A stretch of DNA of 64,000 nucleotides from Cyanobacteria bacterium auto_48_18 (GCA_036170915.1 JAVHQC010000020.1:96001-160000), one strand, 5' to 3'. Counted from the first letter of the stretch, positions 12,130-24,128 are shown. The notes: a model not told the origin generated them from the sequence alone. Program-made: numbers and translations.

Positions 12130-12156
12130 AAGGGCGGGGATTAAATCCTCGCCCTT
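12130..12156. terminator. Probable bidirectional intrinsic terminator after groEL
   Basis: Stem aagggcggggat / atcctcgccctt; the A-rich run before it gives a U-rich tail on the minus strand; lies between convergent genes. Confidence 0.7.
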
Positions 12157-12474
12157 ACTCTTAACGATGCCTGCGGCATCATGAGCGTGACCAATTCTGA
12201 AAGGGCCAGTTGTGTTTAAAACACTTGTGTTGCCACATTCGCATTGCTCTTCAGTCGGCCACGGTGTTGGTGAATTCAGTTCTTTGTACTTTTCGGTGGG
12301 ACATTTCTTACTTGCTCTCCAATCATATGTCATGAAGATCGAGTAAAAAGTTCAGCTAGCCCCCATCTTTTGTATAGCCAGCCCATAGTATTTATAGAAA
12401 CATGGTCAGGGAGCGATTTGTCCTGAAAATTGCGCTGAGAAATTTGCTCTAGTTGCTCTTTGTGTTTTAAAGAA

Positions 12475-12942
12475 TCACTGGTTCGGTCTGGCAATCACGC
12501 TTATTTTTCCGTTGGTCTCGACCATAGCAACGTGCACTCGAGCAATAGAAAGGCATCCAGATTCCCGAATGGCTCGCATTACATCTTCGTGACTCAGCTG
12601 TTCTTCAGCCAGCGTCTTATGATTGACTTTGCCGTTGTGAATCAAAACCTTAGGATCGCCCTCTAGTAAGTGGTCCACAAATCTGATCTTGTAAGAGAGG
12701 AAATTGATCGCGGCACTCGTAGCCACAAATGTGGTCATGGAAATTATGGCGGCGGTAAGCGAATCATCAGATTTCATGGCCGAGCTGGCTGCCAAATTGC
12801 CAAGGGTGAACAGAACCACAAGGTCAGTGCCTGAAATTTCTCCACCGCCTCTATTGCTTAATCTAATCAGAATTAAGATAAAAACGGAGAGTATAAATGA
12901 TCGCAGAACGATCTCCCACCAGGGCACAGTCAGTTCCCACAT
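12475..12942 (-). CDS. DUF421/YetF-family membrane protein
   Basis: Three N-terminal TM segments, LLEGDPKVLIHNGKV and VETNGKISVI. Confidence 0.85.
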   Translation of the reverse strand: MWELTVPWWEIVLRSFILSVFILILIRLSNRGGGEISGTDLVVLFTLGNLAASSAMKSDDSLTAAIISMTTFVATSAAINFLSYKIRFVDHLLEGDPKVLIHNGKVNHKTLAEEQLSHEDVMRAIRESGCLSIARVHVAMVETNGKISVIARPNQ

Positions 12943-12994
12943 ATGCTTAATTTTCCTCCCGCGAAGGCACTGCCTGTGGTGCCAATTCTTTTAT

Positions 12995-13588
12995 CTAACT
13001 GGATTGTCTTTTTTTGCTCACTTGGGCAATTAATTCATCTGCGCCTAAAATTTTTGCCTTGAGTAGTGTCCTCATCTTATGCAGAGCCATGGCCGTATCT
13101 TGCCTAGTTTTGGCCAGGACCCCGTCGCTGATGATTGTCAAATCGAATCCACGCATGTATGCATCATTGGCTGTGTACATGACGCAAATGTCAGCAGCAA
13201 GCCCGGCAAGAATTAATTTCTTTGCCTTCATTTTGCTCAGCAATATTTGCAAAGATGTGCCGTAGAAACCTGAATGCATCGGTTTCAGAACAAAAAAGTC
13301 AGCTTTGGTAGGCGTAAGTTTTTGCGCCAATATTTTGCCCTTTGATTTTCCGCACAAGCATTGCTCTAGTTGTTCATTGAAATTCGAATGCCAGTTATTG
13401 TAGTTATCATTTAGATAGATAGTGGGCACGCCGGCCCTACTGCAGGCAGTTTTTACAGTTTTAAGAGTTCGAGCTAACTCCGGTACACCGGCAATAATTT
13501 CTTCATTGCCTGGAAAATCCAGATCGTTAATTACGTCAATTAAAAGCAAAACTGTTTTCGCTTCAATGTTCCTTTTTAAGCTATCCAT
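12995..13588 (-). CDS. Isochorismatase-family cysteine hydrolase
   Basis: LLLIDVIND, KPMHSGFYGT and GLAADICV...DAYMRGF. Confidence 0.9.
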   Translation of the reverse strand: MDSLKRNIEAKTVLLLIDVINDLDFPGNEEIIAGVPELARTLKTVKTACSRAGVPTIYLNDNYNNWHSNFNEQLEQCLCGKSKGKILAQKLTPTKADFFVLKPMHSGFYGTSLQILLSKMKAKKLILAGLAADICVMYTANDAYMRGFDLTIISDGVLAKTRQDTAMALHKMRTLLKAKILGADELIAQVSKKRQSS

Positions 13589-13738
13589 TTTAAGCTATCC
13601 ATTTGTTCGACCATAATTGCCTTACTCAACTATTTGCATCTGTGACGCGATTGTGCACGCTCGGTTCCAATTAGCCTATATGGGGCCGTAGCCGGACCAT
13701 ATTTGTGGCACATTTGTGGCACAATAGTTGGGCAGTGA

Positions 13739-15501
<1,763 letters not shown>

Positions 15502-15516
15502 TGAGGAGAGTTTCTA

Positions 15517-16293
15517 ATGGTTGATGTGTCGACTCAAGTGGCGCCCATAATGGTTGTTGCCTTTTCACTGGAGGAGGCCAAACAAGCCGAATTCGATCGC
15601 TTTTATCAGCATCAATATTTACCAAAATTACTGTCGGTAGCGCCAGAAATCAAAAACATTGTGCGTTACCAGTCTGACCGAAGAGTGCCGGCCACTGCTT
15701 CTGAAGCGCCTTCTGGAGAATTTTTGACCATATACGAATTGGCCTCCACCGAATCGCTCAAGAATACAGATGAGATTTTTACTCGCACGGGATTGGCTGA
15801 GGAGATGGCTGAGTTCAAGCGATGGAAAGAGCAGGTGAGCGGATTTTCTCGCATCAATTATCAGCTTACCTATGAGCATGCCCGCCGGCCTGCTGCCGGA
15901 CGATTTGGCAATCAGCATTTGCTTTATTTCACTTCAGAAGTTTTGCCTGAGAAAGTAGAAGAATTTCGCCAGTGGTATCAGGTTTCTTATTTGCCTAGAT
16001 TGATGGCCGACATTCCTAGTATCAGTGCATTAAGGCGCTATTCTTCATGGAGTGGCAACGCTATAACCGCAGAAAAATCTGATGACAAACTTATCGATAA
16101 ACCGGCTAAACCGGTAGGTCAATTTCTCACTGTGATGGAAAGCGCTAATGAGTTGACCCTCGCCTCTTCTATTGAACGCATGGCGGCTCCCCATCGTCTT
16201 CAGGAAAATGAGGCAATGCAAAAATGGCTCGACACAGCAGTGAAATTCACCGCCAGCAACACCTATAAACCCATATTTTCCATGCCAGCTTGA
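15517..16293 (+). CDS. Hypothetical protein with two EthD/dimeric alpha-beta barrel-like repeats
   Basis: Repeated pattern EFDRFYQHQYLPKLL...VRY and EFRQWYQVSYLPRLM...RRY; GAGGAG SD. Confidence 0.7.
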   Translation: MVDVSTQVAPIMVVAFSLEEAKQAEFDRFYQHQYLPKLLSVAPEIKNIVRYQSDRRVPATASEAPSGEFLTIYELASTESLKNTDEIFTRTGLAEEMAEFKRWKEQVSGFSRINYQLTYEHARRPAAGRFGNQHLLYFTSEVLPEKVEEFRQWYQVSYLPRLMADIPSISALRRYSSWSGNAITAEKSDDKLIDKPAKPVGQFLTVMESANELTLASSIERMAAPHRLQENEAMQKWLDTAVKFTASNTYKPIFSMPA

Positions 16294-16329
16294 ATAGACT
16301 AGGCTTAGCTTTATTGGGCTAGCGTTTTG

Positions 16330-16815
16330 TTAGCCTTGATAAAGTAAAGCTATGGCCTGACAGGCGAGGGCATTGCCTTTGCCAATTTCATCGAGTCCTT
16401 CGTGAGTTTTGGCTTTAACACTGATGCGATTGAGGCTGATATTTAAGACTTCAGCTAAAAGCTTGCGCATAGACTCCAGATGTGGTGCCATTTTAGGCTG
16501 TTCTACAATAATAGTTGAATCGATATTGCCGATCACATAACCTTCACTGGTGACAAAACCCTTGACCTGAGCCAGCATGTCTAGCGAGTTGGCGCCCTTG
16601 TAACGCTCATCAGATGGTGGAAAATGTTGGCCAATATCGCCCATTGATAGTGCACCAAGGAGAGCATCAATAATTGCGTGTATTAAAACGTCGCCGTCCG
16701 AGTGACCTAGTGGACCTTTGTTAAAGGGTATTGTCAGCCCACCGAGGATAAGAGGGCGGCCCTCCACTAGCTGATGAATGTCATAACCCTGTCCTATTCG
16801 CATATTGGCTGACAA
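16330..16815 (-). CDS. ispF: 2-C-methyl-D-erythritol 2,4-cyclodiphosphate synthase
   Basis: RIGQGYDIH, GHSDGDV, GDIGQHFP and SVKAKT motifs. Confidence 0.96.
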   Translation of the reverse strand: MSANMRIGQGYDIHQLVEGRPLILGGLTIPFNKGPLGHSDGDVLIHAIIDALLGALSMGDIGQHFPPSDERYKGANSLDMLAQVKGFVTSEGYVIGNIDSTIIVEQPKMAPHLESMRKLLAEVLNISLNRISVKAKTHEGLDEIGKGNALACQAIALLYQG

Positions 16816-16870
16816 ATGGATACCTCAAATGTTTTGTAGTCGCAGTAAACTAGCTTAATCACTGACTTAG

Positions 16871-18751
16871 CTAGTCGCCAATCACGAGCAAAAGTGAGTG
16901 AGCGTCTACTGTTTGACCTGATTTGACTTTTATTTCTTTGACCACGCCATCGCGATCGGCAAGGATGTCAGATTCCATTTTCATCGCTTCAAAAATCATA
17001 ATTTTTTCACCGCTTTTTACTGCAGCTCCTTCTTTCACCATGATTTCTTTGACGAGGCCGTGCATTGTCGACTGTACTTTGCCTGTGCCCGTTGCTGAAG
17101 CGGTTTTAGCAGCACGCTCTTTCGTCGGGGCAGCGGCTTTGGGTGCAGACCTGCTGGGCTGCGATTGTTGAGCCCGTGGTTTAGAAGGGTCAATCATTTC
17201 CGTGACAGCAACTTTGAAAATTTTCTGGTTGACGTCAACTTCAAAACTGCGAGTATCAGCTCTTTCAATAATGGCTGCCTCGCCACTTTCTGCTTTTGTG
17301 CCGTGCGAGCCATTTCCATTTGTACCAGTAGTGCCAGAGGCGTTAGCTGTACCACCAGCGGTGCCGCCGGCGGCTTTCATAGCCTGGCTCTTTTCAGCAG
17401 CACTGGCAGAAAAGCGCTTCATGAAATCTTGCTCGACGTAGGTTGTGAATACATCACCGGCCTGAAAAGCAGCATCGTCCAGCATTGCCACATGGAAAGG
17501 AATAGTGGTGGCTACTCCTTCGATAATGAAATGTTTCAGGGCCACCCTTGTGCGTTGGATTGCTTCTTCTCTGTTTTTTCCCCAGACTACAAGTTTTGCC
17601 AGGAGCGAGTCATAGAAAGGCAAAATTGTATAACCGGGATAGCATGCGGTGTCTACGCGCACCCAGGGATGGTGGGGCAATTCAAAACGAGTGAGCATTC
17701 CAGGGCTGGGCATGAAATTCTTCAGTGGATCTTCGGCGTTAATGCGGCATTCGATGGCATGGCCGCGAGGTTCAATATCGGCTTGAGTGAATGAAAGCTT
17801 TTTGCCGGCGGCCACTAACAACTGTTCTTTAACAATATCGATGCCGGTAATCATTTCACTGATTGGATGTTCAACTTGAATGCGAGTGTTCACTTCCAGG
17901 AAATAAAACTCATTGCCTGACACCATGCATTCAACTGTTCCTGCAGAAGAATAACCGAGAGCTTGAGCGCCTTTTACTGCGGCCGCAGTCAAGCGAGCTC
18001 GCAAATCTTTGTCGAGTTTGGCAGCAGGTGCTTCTTCCAAAAGTTTTTGGTGACGTCTTTGACTGGAACAATCACGTTCGTATAGATGCACGATATTGCC
18101 ATGTTCGTCGGCGATAATTTGCACTTCAATATGTCTTGGGTGGTCCAAATATTTTTCAACATAGACTTCATCACTACCGAAATAGCTTGCCCCTTCTCTC
18201 TGGGCTCCCGATAATGCTAGTTCTACATCTTCTTCTTTGCGCACCACGCGCAAGCCTCTGCCACCACCACCGGCACTAGCCTTGATGGCAATCGGATAGC
18301 CATACTTTTTGCCCAGTGTGCGCACTTCTTCAACGGTGGTTACAGGATCGGTTGTTCCCGGCACTACAGGAACGCCTGCCTTTTCCATTACTCGTCGTGA
18401 TTCAATTTTCGAACCCATTTTGTGAATCACTTCAGGGCTCGGGCCTATGAATTTGACGCCAGCCTCACCGCACTGTCTAGCGAAGTCGGCATTTTCGGCA
18501 AGAAACCCATAACCGGGGTGAATTGCATCAGCGCCGGCGCGCTTAGCAATATCAAGAATTTGCGTGCCATCCAAATAAACTTTGGCCGGTTGGCCTTCCA
18601 AACGCCACTGTTCTGTAGCCATCTTGACGTGTTTACCATCTTTGTCGGGCTCAGAAAAAATTGCCACAGTTTCCAAACCTAATTCACGGCAGGCTTGAAT
18701 CACCCTGACTGCAATTTCGCCACGGTTAGCAATTAGAACCTTTTTGAACAT
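16871..18751 (-). CDS. accC: Biotin carboxylase fused to biotin carboxyl carrier domain
   Basis: KVLIANRGEIA, HPGYGFLAEN, GGGGRG and EVNTRIQVEH; low-complexity linker; C-terminal EAMKM biotinylation motif. Confidence 0.92.
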   Translation of the reverse strand: MFKKVLIANRGEIAVRVIQACRELGLETVAIFSEPDKDGKHVKMATEQWRLEGQPAKVYLDGTQILDIAKRAGADAIHPGYGFLAENADFARQCGEAGVKFIGPSPEVIHKMGSKIESRRVMEKAGVPVVPGTTDPVTTVEEVRTLGKKYGYPIAIKASAGGGGRGLRVVRKEEDVELALSGAQREGASYFGSDEVYVEKYLDHPRHIEVQIIADEHGNIVHLYERDCSSQRRHQKLLEEAPAAKLDKDLRARLTAAAVKGAQALGYSSAGTVECMVSGNEFYFLEVNTRIQVEHPISEMITGIDIVKEQLLVAAGKKLSFTQADIEPRGHAIECRINAEDPLKNFMPSPGMLTRFELPHHPWVRVDTACYPGYTILPFYDSLLAKLVVWGKNREEAIQRTRVALKHFIIEGVATTIPFHVAMLDDAAFQAGDVFTTYVEQDFMKRFSASAAEKSQAMKAAGGTAGGTANASGTTGTNGNGSHGTKAESGEAAIIERADTRSFEVDVNQKIFKVAVTEMIDPSKPRAQQSQPSRSAPKAAAPTKERAAKTASATGTGKVQSTMHGLVKEIMVKEGAAVKSGEKIMIFEAMKMESDILADRDGVVKEIKVKSGQTVDAHSLLLVIGD

Positions 18752-18802
18752 GGAAAAAAATCCTCGATGGTGTGTGGGTGAGGGTTCAGGCCTTCTCTTG
18801 AC

Positions 18803-18828
18803 ACCTTGGATCGATATCGATCCAAGGT
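18803..18828. repeat. Dispersed intergenic palindrome, copy 2 (perfect 26 bp)
   Basis: accttggatcgat|atcgatccaaggt. Confidence 0.95.
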
Positions 18829-19117
18829 TGGCAGCTTTGATTGTGGTTCAGCCGCTTTGACTCCATTTAATCTTGAGCGGCAATTGATACTGCTACTGCA
18901 TATTCTTCCATTGACTTTAACCTGGAGTTAAACTCATTTATATAATTTGAGCAGATCTTATGATTTCCTCCTGATTACCTCGTTTGAAACCGTAATCGCG
19001 TTAACCTAGACAGTTGTCACAGTGTTGGGTAAACCGGGTTGTGCACTATCTTGATGGTAGGATCTGAGAAGTTCGCCAGGATAACTGGTGAGATTGCGGG
19101 AAACTTCGAGGTTTGAG

Positions 19118-19987
19118 ATGGCAGGAGCCACTACTTTTCCGACTGTCTTTGTAGCCGGCAGCGGATTCATGGGATCAGCTATCGCTTTTTTGGTTGCTTC
19201 AAAAACATCCGCTAGTGTGCAAATTTACGACATTTCAGAGGCCCAGCTGGCTAAGGCTGAAGCTACTATTGATAAGTTCGGTAAATCATCCGTAGAGAAG
19301 GGTTTTCTTGATGCAGCTCAGTTCGCTGATCTGAAGAAACGCATCCACACCACTCAGTCAGACAAACTTGCTGCTCATTGCGATATCGTCATAGAGGCTA
19401 TTGCCGAGAATCTGGCAGTCAAAAAAGATTTTTTCAAGCGCCTTGACAACATCTGCAAGAAAGAAACCATTTTTGCCTCAAATACATCTTCTTTGCCCAT
19501 AACTACTCTGGCGGCTTCCACCAAACGCTCTAGGCAGTTTATCGGCATGCACTTCTTTTCGCCGGCGCACGTGATGAAGCTGGTGGAGTTGATTCCTGGT
19601 TATGACACCAGTGATGAAACTCTGGAAAAAGTGAAAAAATTTGGTGAAGAGTTGGGTAAGACGCTCATCTGTTCAAAAGACTTTCCTGGTTTTATTACTA
19701 CCAGGCTTGGTTTGGTGCTTATTAACGAGGCAGCTTTTGCATTGATGGAAGGGCTTTCCACAGCCGAAGAAATCGATACGGGAATGAAGCTTGGTTACAA
19801 TCACCCAATGGGTCCGTTGGCATTGGCTGATTTCATTGGCCTTGATGTGTGTTTGCATATTCTGGAAACATTGCAGGAAGGTTTTGGGGATCCGAAATAC
19901 AGACCCTGTCCTGTGATCAGGCAACTGGTGGCAGCCGGCCATTTGGGTAAAAAAAGTGGCAAGGGATTCTATGAGTACGGTGGTTAA
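19118..19987 (+). CDS. hbd: 3-hydroxybutyryl-CoA / 3-hydroxyacyl-CoA dehydrogenase
   Basis: GSGFMGSAIA, ASNTSS, GMHFF and HPMGPL motifs; in-frame ATG at 19118 preferred over the track start at 19088. Confidence 0.9.
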   Translation: MAGATTFPTVFVAGSGFMGSAIAFLVASKTSASVQIYDISEAQLAKAEATIDKFGKSSVEKGFLDAAQFADLKKRIHTTQSDKLAAHCDIVIEAIAENLAVKKDFFKRLDNICKKETIFASNTSSLPITTLAASTKRSRQFIGMHFFSPAHVMKLVELIPGYDTSDETLEKVKKFGEELGKTLICSKDFPGFITTRLGLVLINEAAFALMEGLSTAEEIDTGMKLGYNHPMGPLALADFIGLDVCLHILETLQEGFGDPKYRPCPVIRQLVAAGHLGKKSGKGFYEYGG

Positions 19988-19993
19988 CTAGAA

Positions 19994-21229
19994 ATGCTAC
20001 TGAGTATTTTCCTGGTCACAACTTTGTCCATTATGGTGCTCTATGGAGCCACCCTGATTTATTATGTGCTGCTCAAACCGATTGAAACGAGCAAGCGTAG
20101 CGATCGAGATTTGCCCTTTATTTCAGTGCTCGTGCCGGCTCGCAACGAAGAGGGAAAAATTCGGCGCTGTCTTGAATCTTTGCTCAAGCAGAATTATCCC
20201 AATTTTGAACTTATCGTCATTGATGATCGCTCGACTGATTCAACCGGCCAAATTATTCAGAGCATTGCCGAAAGTGATGACCGGGTCAAGTACGTTAAGG
20301 GCAAAGACGCCCCTTCCGGCTGGATCGGCAAATGCAATGCCCTGGCTCATGCCGTTGGTCATGCCTCTGGAGAGTTTTTCATCTTTACCGATGCTGATAC
20401 TTATCACCACTCTAATTCTTTGAGAGATTCGGTCACTCACGCCATAGACAACAAAATTGATTTGATGTCCTTTGTACCGATGCAAGAATTAGGTAGCTTT
20501 TCTGAGCGGCTAATCATGCCGGTTTTACTCAGCTCGTTTTTAATTGGTGACCCTTTTCACGCCGTCAACAATCCAAAAAATACCCGCGCCTATGCTTATG
20601 GTCAATATATACTCTGTCGTCGCAGCAGCTATCTGGCAGCCGGTGGGCACCAGAGCGTGCGCGATGAAATTGTGGAAGACCACGCCATTGCCAGAGTGTT
20701 CAAAGAGAAAGGCTTTAAAATTGAGGTGGCCGACGGCAAGAGTCTTTACTCTGTGCGCATGTATACAGATCTTGAATCGTTGTGGATGGGCTGGACCAAA
20801 AATCTCTATTCATTTATAGAGAGCAAGTGGTTGAACCTAGTGATGATGATTATTTTGACGAACTGCATCGTCGTTTTGCCATGGATCTATCTTGGTTACG
20901 TCATTTCGCGCTATGTCTCGGGAGATATCGATCAAGTATTGTTCGGGCTTACAGCACTAGTCGCCGTTCAAATCGCTGTGTTGGCTCTGTGGCAGAAAAG
21001 AACGTCGTGCCACCATGCGGGACTGAAGTGGTATCACTTTTTCCTCACGCCATTTGGCTGCATGACTATGAGTGCCCTCTACCTGCATTCTGCATATCTA
21101 GTGCATACAGGCGGCCAGGTCAACTGGAAAGGTCGCCGTTACGTGGTCAACATGCACAAAACCATCGAGAATGAAGATGGTCAGGACAGTCGCTCCGCTC
21201 AATTGCTCAGTCGTGACCTGACAGAATAA
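19994..21229 (+). CDS. Membrane GT2 glycosyltransferase (lipid/carotenoid/hopanoid glycosyltransferase-like)
   Basis: VPARNEE, DDRSTD, GWIGK, TDAD, VED and WKGR motifs; N- and C-terminal TM segments. Confidence 0.85.
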   Translation: MLLSIFLVTTLSIMVLYGATLIYYVLLKPIETSKRSDRDLPFISVLVPARNEEGKIRRCLESLLKQNYPNFELIVIDDRSTDSTGQIIQSIAESDDRVKYVKGKDAPSGWIGKCNALAHAVGHASGEFFIFTDADTYHHSNSLRDSVTHAIDNKIDLMSFVPMQELGSFSERLIMPVLLSSFLIGDPFHAVNNPKNTRAYAYGQYILCRRSSYLAAGGHQSVRDEIVEDHAIARVFKEKGFKIEVADGKSLYSVRMYTDLESLWMGWTKNLYSFIESKWLNLVMMIILTNCIVVLPWIYLGYVISRYVSGDIDQVLFGLTALVAVQIAVLALWQKRTSCHHAGLKWYHFFLTPFGCMTMSALYLHSAYLVHTGGQVNWKGRRYVVNMHKTIENEDGQDSRSAQLLSRDLTE

Positions 21230-21234
21230 AGAAA

Positions 21235-21462
21235 ATGTCGATTACCCAGGACAATAAAACTCCCACCACCGCTGAGTTGCAGAAGTTTATTCGCGCCGAA
21301 ACCGTGCTTGAGTTTCTTTCCCTTGACGGCAAGGGCAGCAAGTACACTGGCTCATTGCGCTGGTTTGATGAAGAGGCTTTTCACATCAAGCAAGAAGACG
21401 GATCTGAAATCACTCTTCTACGCTCGGCCATTCTTGGATATCGCGCCAGAAAGACCAAATAG
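21235..21462 (+). CDS. hfq: Cyanobacterial-type Hfq-related Sm-fold protein
   Basis: 75 aa; TPTTAELQKFIR helix, GSLRWFDEEAF and LLRSAILGY resemble cyanobacterial Hfq. Confidence 0.65.
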   Translation: MSITQDNKTPTTAELQKFIRAETVLEFLSLDGKGSKYTGSLRWFDEEAFHIKQEDGSEITLLRSAILGYRARKTK

Positions 21463-21564
21463 TGCTAAACTAGGGCCCTGTGCGATTATATCGGCGTTTA
21501 TATTGGCAGTATTGTAAAACGATATCTACTAAGTGATCTTTAGTAAGTAATATTTGGAGTAACA

Positions 21565-22596
21565 GTGGTCTGGTTCAAGAGTTTCTTCTGGCACGGCATA
21601 GGCATTGACCTGGGCACGGCAAACACACTCATTTATGTGCCCGATAAAGGTGTTGTTCTGCGCGAACCATCAGTTGTCGCCATTGACGAAAATACCAATA
21701 TGGTGCGCTGGGTAGGCGAAGAAGCCCGAGCAATGATTGGTCGCACGCCGCAGGGTATTCGCGCTGTCAGACCCTTGCAGAACGGGGTGATTGCCGATCT
21801 CGAATTCGCCAAGATTATGCTCAAAAAATTTGTGGAGCGTGTTGCTGGTGCTGGTGGTATTAAAAACCCTGATATGGCTATCGGTGTGCCATCTGGCGTG
21901 ACGTCTGTAGAACGTATTGCCATCAAATCTGCCGCTGAAAATGCCAGGGCCAATCTTATTTACCTTCCAGAAGAACCAATGGCCGCTGCAATTGGTGCTT
22001 CACTGCCGGTGGTGGAACCGACAGGATCTATGATCGTCGATATTGGTGGTGGCACAACTGAAGTGGCGGTCATAAGCCTTTCTGGAATTGTTGTCAATGA
22101 ATCAATTCGCATCGCCGGTGATGAACTGAGCGAGTCAATTGTTTTTTATCTGAAGAAAGTGCATAGCCTGGCTATTGGCGAGCGCACCGCTGAAGAAATC
22201 AAATTCCGTGTCGGCTCTGCTTTTAAGACAGCGGATAACGATAAAATTGACGTGCGTGGTCTCAGTCTTTTGAACGGTATGCCTCGTACTATCACTATTA
22301 GCCGCGGTGAAGTGCGTGAGGCCATGCGAGAGCCTCTCTGGGCCATAGTTGAGGCAGTTAAGCGCACTTTGGAGCGCACCCCTCCGGAGTTAGCGGCAGA
22401 CATTTTCAATCGTGGCATTGTCCTCACCGGTGGTGGCGCACTTTTGCAAGGATTGGACGAATTAATTTCTAGCGAAACCGAAGTACCTGTTTTTGTTGCT
22501 GATGACCCGCTTTCATCGGTGGCCATAGGCACCGGCAAAATGCTTACAGATCCAAGTTATAGACGCGTTCTTGAACAGTGCATGTTTCATAAGTAG
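21565..22596 (+). CDS. mreB: Rod shape-determining actin MreB
   Basis: GIDLGTANT, EPSVVA, DIGGGTTE and LTGGGALL motifs. Confidence 0.97.
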   Translation: MVWFKSFFWHGIGIDLGTANTLIYVPDKGVVLREPSVVAIDENTNMVRWVGEEARAMIGRTPQGIRAVRPLQNGVIADLEFAKIMLKKFVERVAGAGGIKNPDMAIGVPSGVTSVERIAIKSAAENARANLIYLPEEPMAAAIGASLPVVEPTGSMIVDIGGGTTEVAVISLSGIVVNESIRIAGDELSESIVFYLKKVHSLAIGERTAEEIKFRVGSAFKTADNDKIDVRGLSLLNGMPRTITISRGEVREAMREPLWAIVEAVKRTLERTPPELAADIFNRGIVLTGGGALLQGLDELISSETEVPVFVADDPLSSVAIGTGKMLTDPSYRRVLEQCMFHK

Positions 22597-22615
22597 ATTT
22601 CACAAATAAAAAGGT

Positions 22616-23440
22616 TTGAGGAGAGTAAATTTGGCTGGTAGAAACGAGTCTGACCTCGAGGCTCAATCTCAGTCGATTGCTGAGTATCTCTTCTTGATCA
22701 TGCTGATTTTAATGGTAGCGGTGCCGGTAAGCGGTATGGCACTTTCGTCTTCCAGTTGGTTTTCATCGATTTATGCCAAAGGCGAGTATTCTTTCGTTTC
22801 CACCCGAAATCTGGCGGAACAATTACTCAATGCGTCGTCGCGCATTCGCACTTTAGAGAGCAAGCTGGCTAAGAACGAATTAGAGCTGGCTAGACTCAAG
22901 CAGCAATCGCGCGACACCGACAGACTGCGCACTTTGCTCGGCCTCAGAACCCGCTCTGGGCGCGTCACTGTGGCGGCAGAAGTAGATGGTCGCAACCCGG
23001 ACAACTGGTTCCAGCAGATTGTCATAGACAAAGGCAAGTCTGACAAAATTACAGTTGGCTCTGCCGTAATTTCTATTGCCGGAGTTGTGGGTCAAGTTGT
23101 TAAAGTCGATGATCATGCCAGCGTTGTGCGCCTGGTTACCGATCCGGAACAGAAACTTGGCGTGCTGGTGCCAAGACTGGGACTGACAGGCATTCTGGTT
23201 GGCAATTATCAAAATTTGGCACGCATCGATTATGTACCCAGCGGCACCAATGTAGATGTGGGCGACAAAGTTGTGACCCTCGGTAAAGCTGGCACTTTCC
23301 CCGATAATCATCCTGTGGGCACTGTGGCTGCGGTGCGGCGTGATGCTAATAACAGCGGCTCGATGCAGATCGACGTTAAACTTTCTGAAAACTGCTATGA
23401 CATCAGTCAGGTGCTGGTGTTGCCTCCCCTGGAGCATTGA
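22616..23440 (+). CDS. mreC: Rod shape-determining protein MreC
   Basis: TM, coiled coil, IDKGKSD and GVVGQV; synteny with mreB. Confidence 0.92.
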   Translation: MRRVNLAGRNESDLEAQSQSIAEYLFLIMLILMVAVPVSGMALSSSSWFSSIYAKGEYSFVSTRNLAEQLLNASSRIRTLESKLAKNELELARLKQQSRDTDRLRTLLGLRTRSGRVTVAAEVDGRNPDNWFQQIVIDKGKSDKITVGSAVISIAGVVGQVVKVDDHASVVRLVTDPEQKLGVLVPRLGLTGILVGNYQNLARIDYVPSGTNVDVGDKVVTLGKAGTFPDNHPVGTVAAVRRDANNSGSMQIDVKLSENCYDISQVLVLPPLEH

Positions 23441-24084
23441 TCATGATTCTTGGATCGATGCGCAGCCGCAAGCGCCTGAGCGAAATTGGTCTGGCGGCTT
23501 TTCTTGTCATATTGGTCTGGTTGATTCAGCTGGCACTTTTAAGTAAATTTCGATTTGGCGATGTGCTCTGCAATTTGCCCCTCACCATGACCATTATTTG
23601 GGGAGTGACCTTCGGCTCACCCATGCCGAAACCGACAAACGACGAATTGCGCATGTCAAATCTGAGTACAGTTCTGGTGCGCCAACTTTTATCTGGTTCA
23701 CCATCAGGAGCATTAATCGGAGCCTTTTTCGCCGCACTAAGCGCTTCAGTTATTCCGGTTTATCCGATTGCCTATCCCGTCATTGGCTGGATTGCCGGTT
23801 ACTTTTCATTGAAAAACTTCAATCAGGCTGCCTTTCTTTGCATTCCTCTAGTGTTGCTTTTAACCTTTTTAGGCGAAACAATCATGGCTGTGCAATTATG
23901 TTTGATGCACGGTCGCGAATTTGTCTCTGCAGCAGGACGCCTGGTGGTGCCTGAGGAATTCAGTCATCTAGCTATGTTTATTGTGCCGGAGGCCCTGCTT
24001 AACGCTTTGATCGCGCCAGTGCTTTTTATTCCCATGAGAGGCTGGTACGAATTTTTTCGCTGGCGGCAAATGTCTTCCGACTAA
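23437..24084 (+). CDS. mreD: Rod shape-determining protein MreD
   Basis: Polytopic membrane protein between mreC and mrdA. Confidence 0.75.
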   Translation: MIMILGSMRSRKRLSEIGLAAFLVILVWLIQLALLSKFRFGDVLCNLPLTMTIIWGVTFGSPMPKPTNDELRMSNLSTVLVRQLLSGSPSGALIGAFFAALSASVIPVYPIAYPVIGWIAGYFSLKNFNQAAFLCIPLVLLLTFLGETIMAVQLCLMHGREFVSAAGRLVVPEEFSHLAMFIVPEALLNALIAPVLFIPMRGWYEFFRWRQMSSD

Positions 24085-24128
24085 TATTTTTCCGATTCAT
24101 ATTTTTCGATTATTGAGGACAGATTTTA

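Noticed and set aside
12115..12333. 72-aa minus-strand ORF with Cys residues
   Set aside because: No clear SD, runs through the terminator hairpin, and no family recognised; cannot be supported.
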